Shown here one piece after another: positions 55,997 to 64,000 of a stretch of DNA of 64,000 nt. This DNA comes from Octopus vulgaris (lineage: Eukaryota). The DNA lies in contig OX597834.1 in the NCBI GenBank assembly GCA_951406725.2, positions 39,184,001 through 39,248,000 of the forward strand, written 5' to 3'. Under the pieces are notes generated by a model. The model saw only the letters and a program-made list of their open reading frames with translations, was not told where the DNA came from and ran no database searches. The translations under genes and the position numbers were made by a program. Every line of letters begins with the position of its first letter. Position 1 is the first letter of the stretch.

Positions 55997-56952
55997 TTAT
56001 ATATATATACATTCATGCCCACTTGTACATTATATGATAGGTTGTATGTGTGTATATTATTAACTTTATGGATAATAGTTTAATAATTCGGTGACAATTA
56101 CAAACCAACTTGATTGCTATCCTCCTCTCGCAATCCACGAGACCTCACTGGGAAATTAGGAAAAAAAGAAAAACAAAAGGAAAAGGGAAAAACACGAAAA
56201 AATATACAAAAAAAAGCAACAAAAAAAATATAGGCTAGTCGAACAAACAAAATATCTAATCAAAAACTATGAGAGTCTCTTTCTTTCTATTTCGCCTTCT
56301 CTCTCTGTCTCTCTCGCTGTCTCTGTCTCTATCTCTGTCTCTCTTTCCCTCTCTCTCTCTCTCTTTAGTTTTGCAGGAAACTGCACCAACAGGATATTTC
56401 CATTTATAGCAAATAGTACTCAGTTTTCGTCTTTGTTAAAGCTTTATGAAGTCACTTGGCGAAAAGCTACCTGTTGTGCAGTTACTATGACGTCATTTCC
56501 TGTTAACATTACCGGATGTAAGCTTCAACGGACACAACCGCAATATCTTTCATTTTTTCTATATTTCTTTCTATGATTTCATTATATATATATTTATATA
56601 TTTACGTGTTTTATAGGCGTTTTTTCTTGTTTTATTTTTTTGTTGTGATTTTGTAACATTTTCTTTTCTGTCTTTGTTTTTTTTTTGTTAGTTTATTTGA
56701 TTTCTTTTTCTTTTTTTTTTTTTACGTTTTGCAAAGGGGTCTTTGCGATAGTTTGCGTTAGTCTTTTGTGCTCGTTGTTTTTTTTTTGTGTGTGGTGTGT
56801 CTGTGCGTTTGTGAGCATGCGTGTATACGTGCGTTTTATACATATATGAGAGCATATGTCTGTATACGCATGCATATGTGTGTGTGTAAGTGTGTATGTG
56901 TATGTAAGTGTATGTATATAAACGCATGCTCGATCCAACGTTTCATTTATGC

Positions 56953-56992
<40 letters not shown>

Positions 56993-57040
56993 GCATACAT
57001 ACAGATATACCTGCATATATATCTATATGTGTATATATAT

Positions 57041-57088
<48 letters not shown>

Positions 57089-57300
57089 TCATTATGCTCT
57101 AAAGTCACTGCTAACAAGTGGGTGGGTGGGGAAGTACACAGACATGAATGAAATATTATGTAGCACCACCCCTCTTTCTTCTCTTTCTCACACCATTACC
57201 TTCTCTTTCATATGTATAGATACTCACACACACACACACATTATATATGAGTGCATGAATGTGTATGTGTGCGTATGTGTATCTATGTATATATTTATAA

Positions 57301-57384
<84 letters not shown>

Positions 57385-57899
57385 ATATATATGTACGAGT
57401 GTATACGAACGTGATTATACATGCACATACATAAACGTGTATATACTAGAATTGGAGATTGAATGAAGGATAAAGGGACAGATGGGGGAAGAAATGATTA
57501 GTGGACCTTAAAAACAGCAAGAGCACTATGCGTTCCCATGGTTACATGTTTGTGTATTCATAAATACATAATTATGTACATGGAAGTACAAGCATACTTA
57601 TGCGCACGCATACACACTTAACACACACAGACACATATACATGCTTAAATATATACATGTGTGTGTATGTGTGTGCATGCGTGTGTATTAATATCTCGTG
57701 AAGCAGCGTCATTAATGATGGGTGCAGTAAACCCCTTTTTATGGTGGAAGGAAGATTTCGATACAGGGTCCGTCGTTTTTATCTCTTGCTGTGATGTAGG
57801 TCGTTTTGGGGCCTTAAATATCAAAATGTCCAAGTGTTGCCTGACTGTAATGATCCCTTCCGTGTAGATCCCTTGCGTTTTTCGATGACATTGTCCTTT

Positions 57900-58125
57900 A
57901 TCTTTTATCTCTTATTTGTTTCAGTCATTTGATTGCGGCCATGCTGGAGCACCAGGTTAAAGAATTTTAGTGGAATGAATCGACTCCAATGCTGTTCTTT
58001 TTTATTATTATTTTGGTGTTTTTTTTTTTTTTCGGTTGATATTTATTCTATCAGTCTCTTTCGCAGAACCGCTATGTTGCGGGAACAAGTGGTGGTAGGA
58101 GGGCAAACAGACATAAAGACACACA
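57900..58125 (-). mobile_element. SINE family B 3' half
   Basis: tgtttcagtcatttgattgcggccatgctggagcacc. Confidence 0.75.
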
Positions 58126-58130
58126 CACAT

Positions 58131-58161
<31 letters not shown>

Positions 58162-58353
58162 CACACGCACTCACACAAACACACACGCACAACACACACG
58201 CAGAAACATACACACACAAACACATGCAAACGCACACACACACAACACATACACACACAAACAAACGCACACACATGTTTATGGCAGTGCAGAATTTTAG
58301 TCGAACAAATCGAAGCCAGTCCTTAGTTTTCAAAGCCTGATACTTATTCTGTC

Positions 58354-58723
58354 GTTATCGATAACTCTATGGATCATTTCTTCTGGAATGGTTGATATTT
58401 CTACACAAATTGCACGTTTTAATTCATCAATAGAGCGAGGGCGATGACTGAATACTTTTGGTTTTAAATATCCCCACAAGAAGAATTCACATTTCACCAT
58501 TCCAGAAGAAATGATCCATAAAGTTATCGATAACTTTCATGGACGTCTCCAACAGTGTGTTGACAATGATGGGAAGCATTTAACTGATTTTATTTTAAAA
58601 ACTTAATGAAATAAAATGGAATTATATGTATATTCAGAAAATAAAATTTTTCTTTTCATTATTTCTTATTTTGTGCTTTTATTAAGCCTCCAAATGTGTC
58701 AGATCATTTTCGTCCACCCTGTA
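58354..58723 (+). mobile_element. Tc1/mariner 3' end with an internally inverted segment
   Basis: Minus strand FFLWGYLKPKVFSHRPRSIDELKRAI; plus strand IPEEMIHKVIDNFHGRLQQCVDNDGKHL*; terminus caccctg-TA. Confidence 0.85.
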
Positions 58724-58769
58724 TATATATATAAACGCATATATATATACATATTCAACACATTAATGG

Positions 58770-58970
58770 GTCGTTGTGTGTTTGTCTCCCACACCGTTTG
58801 ACAACTAGTGTTGTTTGACTACGTTCTCGGGACTTGGTGTTTCGATAAAAGTACCCGATAGAATAAGTACCTTGCTTAGAAAATATGTACTGGTCCCGAT
58901 CTTTTCAACTAAAATACCTTCATGGCGATAACCTAACACGACCGTAATCCAATGATTGAAACAAGGGAAA
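58770..58970 (+). mobile_element. SINE family B 3' half, diverged
   Basis: ttgacaactagtgttg..ccgatagaataagtac..tgattgaaacaag. Confidence 0.65.
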
Positions 58971-59189
58971 GATATGGATACGGAAAACGTTAGCTCTAAG
59001 TAAGGTAGCACCAATGATAATCTGAGAGAACAAACTTATCAGGAATTTGCGGAAAAAATTTCTGTAGATATAGATAAAAGAGGTACTTTTAAAAACTAAA
59101 TCCACCTCTCTATTTTAAGATTACTCTCTCCCTCTATTTCTCTTCTGTCAGTTGCAAATGCCTTTAACCAACAGGACGAACTAAACTGG

Positions 59190-59564
59190 ACTCTCCTACA
59201 AACGTTATGGAAGAAAATCTTTTCTATATGGACGACCTCAAGTTATGCATTCCAAATGATAAACTTCACGAAACAGTGTTACGACTTACTGAAACTGATA
59301 TGATATTCGGGTTAGACAAATGTACCAAGTCAACTCGGAAGAGCAGGAAATTTATCGAGGACAGTAATACATTGCTAGACGAAGAAACTAAGGGATAAAA
59401 GCAGCACAAGCATACAAATACTTAGAAATCAATGAACTAAGAAGAGTACAGCCCATAGAAAAGAAAGTAAAGGTTACGATGAAATATTAATGCATTAGAT
59501 TCGTTATTTGAAACAAAGCATAAAGCAAAAACAAAAAAGAAATTGAAATAATAATAATAATAAT

Positions 59565-59638
<74 letters not shown>

Positions 59639-60445
59639 AATTATTGTATACAGTGCTCAGGTGCAGCACACTTGTCAAAGATACATAATAAAGCATTTGC
59701 AGTAATGTACAAATGTCTGGGAAGTGAACAGTGTATGAGTCAGATACATGCTCGCGTGTGTGTGTGGAGAGGAGAAAATCAGGTGTAGTGTTGACGAATC
59801 TCAGGAAGCATGGAAGTTTTGAAGGATGCAGTGCTCCGACAACTAACAACTGATGCCGGCAGTTTGTTCCATGCTTCAGCAACTCATAGCGTGAAAAATT
59901 TTTTCCGAAAGTAATGAGAGCTGTGCTGTTTTCTGACTTTGTAAACATGTCCACGGGTGTTAGACAGGTGGAGTTTGAAAAAGGTGCTCAGAGTTATTGT
60001 TTGTCAGATGGTTAATAATTTATGGGTGTCTGCCAAGTCAGCTGCCAGACGTCGGAGTTTCAATGTATCCATGCCCAGGGAAGTAAGGCGTTCAGAATAT
60101 GGCAAATGCCTGATGGAGGGTATTCTCTTGGTTGCACGTGGCCGAACGGTTTCCAGACGACTGATATCCTGGCCAAGATAGGGGTTCCAGACCGGTGATG
60201 CAAATTCCAGGTAATGCTGCACCATAGCTATATAAAGCCTCAGATAGATAGCCGGAAAGCGGCTCACAAAGGACTTGGTAAGTGATGCCAAGACACCCTC
60301 AGCCTTCTTGGCGCGCCAGTATTACATTAGTTATAGTATTCTCAACTAACCGTTTAATGAATTAATAAGACTTGACAGAAAGACAAGAGAAACGACTGCA
60401 TTTGAAATACGCCACCTAAAATCTAAAATAAAAAGATTATAGTTA
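59190..60445 (+). pseudogene. Dong/R4-like RT remnant interrupted by a CR1 insertion
   Basis: LFYMDDLKL..FGLDKC..YKYLEI (59210-59545) continues as PVL..LDRKTR..HLKSKIKRL (60312-60445). Confidence 0.75.
59547..60311 (-). mobile_element. CR1-clade LINE 3' fragment with (ATT)n tail
   Basis: LEFASPVWNPY..RATKRIP..YSERL..LKLRRL..TRGH..K..FFT..WNKLP; 3' UTR ends in (ATT)n. Confidence 0.9.
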
Positions 60446-60462
60446 CAATGAATACTGAACAG

Positions 60463-61027
60463 TATTTTTTCTTTCTAGCTAGACCACTGGTAACTAAGAA
60501 TGTTTCGATGAATATTCTTGCTACCCTAAGATTTTAATTAATGATAAAAATGTTTTTTTGGCTAATTCTGGGAGAAAATCGGCAATTTATTTTTTTAGTG
60601 CTGGTTGAGTTCCGCTTCTGCGCGGTGGATTCGAAAAATTAGAGCGTATAGACACGTGGCGGGTTATTTATCGCTCCGTATCTATGTGTTCAATCCTGGC
60701 AACCTACTGAAGAAGCAGCCCCAGATATAGATTGAAATTATTTTATTTCAGTCTGTATTTAAGTCTGCAGAAACCGTGCATGATCTAGGATAATAAGGTA
60801 AAAGTTTATATTTTTCAATCACTTTCGGAATTACAACAATTGGTGGCTTGGAGTTTTAACTGCTCTTTCTAGTGAGTCAGATATCCTATTCTTCGGGTAT
60901 CTCTTTTGTGATTGAACGTACACTGTATTCTTCTTTGAATAATATATAGTCTATTGACTAATTTTTTCTTTCTCGCTAGACCACTGGTAACTAAGAATTT
61001 TTCGATGAACATTCTTGCTACCCTAAT
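60463..61027 (+). mobile_element. Hammerhead-containing unit with ~65-bp terminal direct repeats
   Basis: gctagaccactggtaactaagaat.tttcgatgaa.attcttgctaccctaa at ~60478 and ~60975. Confidence 0.7.
60703..60789 (+). ncRNA. Type I hammerhead ribozyme motif, partly decayed
   Basis: ccta-CTGAAGA-a[gcag...long hairpin...ctgc]a-GAAA-ccgtgcatgATC-tagg. Confidence 0.65.
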
Positions 61028-61049
61028 GATAAAATATATACATACATAC

Positions 61050-61080
<31 letters not shown>

Positions 61081-61117
61081 CATACATACATACATACATA
61101 CATACATACATTTATAC

Positions 61118-61282
61118 ACGACAGACTTCTTTCAGCTGACGTCTACCAAATTGACTAATATGGCTTTGGTCGGTGCGAGGCTACAGTAGAAGCCATTTGT
61201 CCAAGGTTCCACGCAGTTTGGATTGAACCGGGAGCCTTGTACCTGGGAAGCAAACATCTTACCATACACAGCCATACCTGCA
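61118..61282 (-). mobile_element. SINE family B head, diverged
   Basis: Reverse complement similarity to family B. Confidence 0.7.
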
Positions 61283-61711
61283 CCAGTGAAATGCTAACAA
61301 GATGGAAGTGGTAGAAGAAGAAGAGGTCTTCGAGAATGGTACGATGAACGTCCGTGATTTGCCAATCCAGAAGCACTGGTCCGTCAACCCCAGATCATTT
61401 CTTTCCAAGGATCATTTGGGAGTAAAGTGGGTTCCAGCCGTCATACCAGACCCAGCAGACGATAATATCTCGTTAAAAGAAATCGAGAAATTATTCAGAT
61501 GTATTTTAGAATTGGAAAAGTAGGACATGGAGGCAGAATATATTAAAAAAATAATAGAAATACACAGAAACAGGAATAATTCTAGAAGGAGATGCAGGAT
61601 AGTACATAATCCCCCAAAACTCTAGGACTTTACACACACACACAATATACAGGAAATAGCGCTATTAGGGACTCCGCACGGATTGTGTAGGGGGTACTGG
61701 CAACACAGTAT

Positions 61712-61748
61712 TACCACCACCACCACCACCACCACCACCACCACCACC

Positions 61749-61827
<79 letters not shown>

Positions 61828-61887
61828 ACATCATCATCATCAACAACAACAACAACAACAACAACATCACATCATCAACAACAACAT
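61712..61887. repeat. (ACC)n(ATC)n(AAC)n compound microsatellite
   Basis: Direct observation. Confidence 0.95.
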
Positions 61888-62817
61888 AATTTTCTTAAGA
61901 ATTTAAATTTTCCTTCTCCGATTTTCTTTGTGTCTTTCTTCCTGTTTCCTTCTCATTCCGCCCTGCTCACGGCCGCCGCCGCTATCATTGTAACCAACCA
62001 ATACACGTATGCATATATATCCATATATATACATATACATCCACACACACACACACATATATGTTGCGGGGCGCTCTACCTGCATCCGTTGTCTTCTTCA
62101 AACTGCAACCAATAAAATGCTTGTGCTGCAGACCACTATTTCCATTGTTCGCTGATCCAGCAGCCGTCCGATTAAGGATGGGGGGCTGGGTAGTAGTAGT
62201 AGTAGTAGAGTGGGTCCCGTTATGGGGCTGTCTGCCTCGACCCCCCCCCATTTCACCCCGGCATCCTTTTTTTGTTTCTTTAAACCAGTCAGCCCATAGC
62301 ACGCTCGATCGCTCTCTACCTCGGGTGCACCCTTTCGCTTCCACAAACCCCTCTCTCCCTTTATCTCCCTCTACAAACTACCTCAGGCGGAGTTTGTTGA
62401 CTCGGACGATGCCAACAGTAGTGGTGGTGGTAGTGGTGGTGGTGGTGGTGGTTGTGCTCGTCATTGTCATCGTCGTCGTCCTGTAGTGGAAGTAGTTGTG
62501 GTGGTAGGAGATGTGACATAGCTATCAAAAATAAAAAAAGTGGGAGGAGAATGTAAAAATATCAACCAATGAGACAGCAAGAAATTTGTGACGACATTAA
62601 ACTTCCCCCACCGCCATCTCTTTTGAAATTTTTGTAGAGTTTTAATGGCGACGAAGCAACGAAGAGAATAGCTTGCAGTGACCTATAACATTCTGTGTTC
62701 AAATCCTATCTGAGCACACTTTCTACTTCATCCTGTAACTATGACATAAAATCAGTACCAGCTATATACTGGTACTTATATCAGTTAAATCCACACCACT
62801 CAAATCTGTTACTTTAT

Positions 62818-63030
62818 AATAATCCTTTCTACTAAAGGCACAATGCCTGAAATTTTGTGGGAAGAGGACAATCAATGACATCGACCCTAGTGTCTCAGTG
62901 GTACTTGATTTATCGACCCCGAAAGGATGAAAGGGAAAGTCGACCTCGGCGGAATTTGAACTCAGAACGCAAAGACGGAAGAAATGCTGCAAAAGATTTT
63001 CAACCGGCGTGCTAACGGTTCTGCCAGCTT
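62818..63030 (-). mobile_element. SINE family A (ATT-tail variant)
   Basis: Reverse complement of family A. Confidence 0.85.
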
Positions 63031-63043
63031 TTGTCTTTTATAA

Positions 63044-63130
63044 CACTGGTTCCCAGCCTGTGGTCCGCGGACCCCTGGCGGTTCGCACAGGTAGTACTGG
63101 GGATCCGTGAACTAAATTCAAAAATTGATA
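63044..63130 (+). mobile_element. hAT (Charlie-like) MITE left end
   Basis: cactggttcccagcctgtggtccgcggacccctgg, typical Charlie-type TIR and subterminal sequence. Confidence 0.6.
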
Positions 63131-63184
63131 CATGCATACACACACACACGCACACACATTGCCATGATTGACCGCTAGCTACTA

Positions 63185-63332
63185 AAGGTTTCATTTTTTA
63201 ATTCTCTCTGTTTATTTTCTCGTGTTCCTTTCTGTTGAAGAGCATAGGCTCGAAACGTAAAAGGCTTTCTCACCTTCCCTGTATGTTGTTTACACACTTG
63301 TCTTCTCTTCCTGTTTTTGTCTTCCTATTTTT

Positions 63333-63373
<41 letters not shown>

Positions 63374-63378
63374 CCAAC

Positions 63379-63380
<2 letters not shown>
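63185..63380 (+). mobile_element. Penelope-like terminal repeat with variant hammerhead-like core
   Basis: ccttt-CTGTTGA-a[gagc atag gctc]-GAAA-cGTA-aaagg; homologous to 16895-17060. Confidence 0.6.
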
Positions 63381-63437
<57 letters not shown>

Positions 63438-63602
63438 GGTCGATTCTCAGACCGGGCGTTGTGTGTGTTTATACGAGGCTAGGGGGTGGTGATCCTGCTG
63501 TACTCTTTCACCACAATGGCGGTGCCCCAGCATGGCCACAGCTCAAAAAGCTGAAACTGGAAAAACAAAAACAAAAACAAATATATATATATTAATTATA
63601 TA

Positions 63603-63942
63603 TATATAATATTAATTCGAGACAAAACCACTATTTTGCAAAACAAACAAGGAAAGACTTAATCAATACATAAAAATTTTTAATATAAAGAAATAAACCG
63701 CCACTGCAATCGTTTCATGTCTTCAATGACATTCGTCAGGTGGATTTTCGATCTCTAATCTGTTTTAATTCATGAATTAAAACAGATTAGGAGATCGAAA
63801 ATCCACCTGACGAATGTCATTGAAGACATGAAACGATTGCAGTGGCGGTTTATTTCTTATATTTAAAATTTTTATGTATTGATTAAGTCTTTCCTTGTTT
63901 GTTTTGCAAAATATTGGTTTTTTCTCGAATTAATATTATATA
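63603..63942. repeat. Spacer-less ~340-bp palindrome of a Penelope-like terminal repeat with mirrored hammerhead motifs
   Basis: Centre ttaattca|tgaattaa at 63772/63773; arms near-identical; ccac-CTGACGA-atgtc/gacat-GAAA...gtgg at 63803-63845. Confidence 0.9.
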
Positions 63943-64000
63943 ATATTTTACTATAAAATTGGATTTAATCCTAAATCTGATTTTTTCCCTGTAAATTTGG

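Noticed and set aside
61302-61523. Non-repetitive 73-aa ORF (KWVPAVI)
   Set aside because: Only vague resemblance to an LTR integrase tail; no supportable call

Overview
Eukaryotic, AT-rich and extremely microsatellite-rich genomic DNA, almost certainly Octopus (inferred from the tRNA-derived SINE families and the (TA)n/(CA)n/(TACA)n/(GATA)n/(TAA)n/(GAT)n/(ACC)n landscape). No complete protein-coding gene can be supported, and nearly all supplied ORFs are microsatellite or SINE artefacts. The window looks intronic or intergenic. It holds three SINE groups plus decayed transposon fragments: MULE, Tc1/mariner, hAT, Helitron-like, Penelope RT, Dong/R4, Hero-type RLE LINE, CR1, RTE and possibly Gypsy. 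The notable structure is non-coding. (1) Several Penelope-type hammerhead ribozyme motifs: one with an intact core at 7246-7325, one inside a ~500-bp terminally redundant unit, and a mirror pair in a ~340-bp spacer-less palindrome. (2) Six long inverted repeats. (3) SINE multimers each flanked by one target-site duplication. (4) A SINE with a ~185-bp flanking duplication. (5) (TAA)n-targeted Dong/R4 stacking and nesting. Weak candidate exons and pre-miRNA-like hairpins are listed as low-confidence leads. Coordinates were read by eye and boundaries are approximate.
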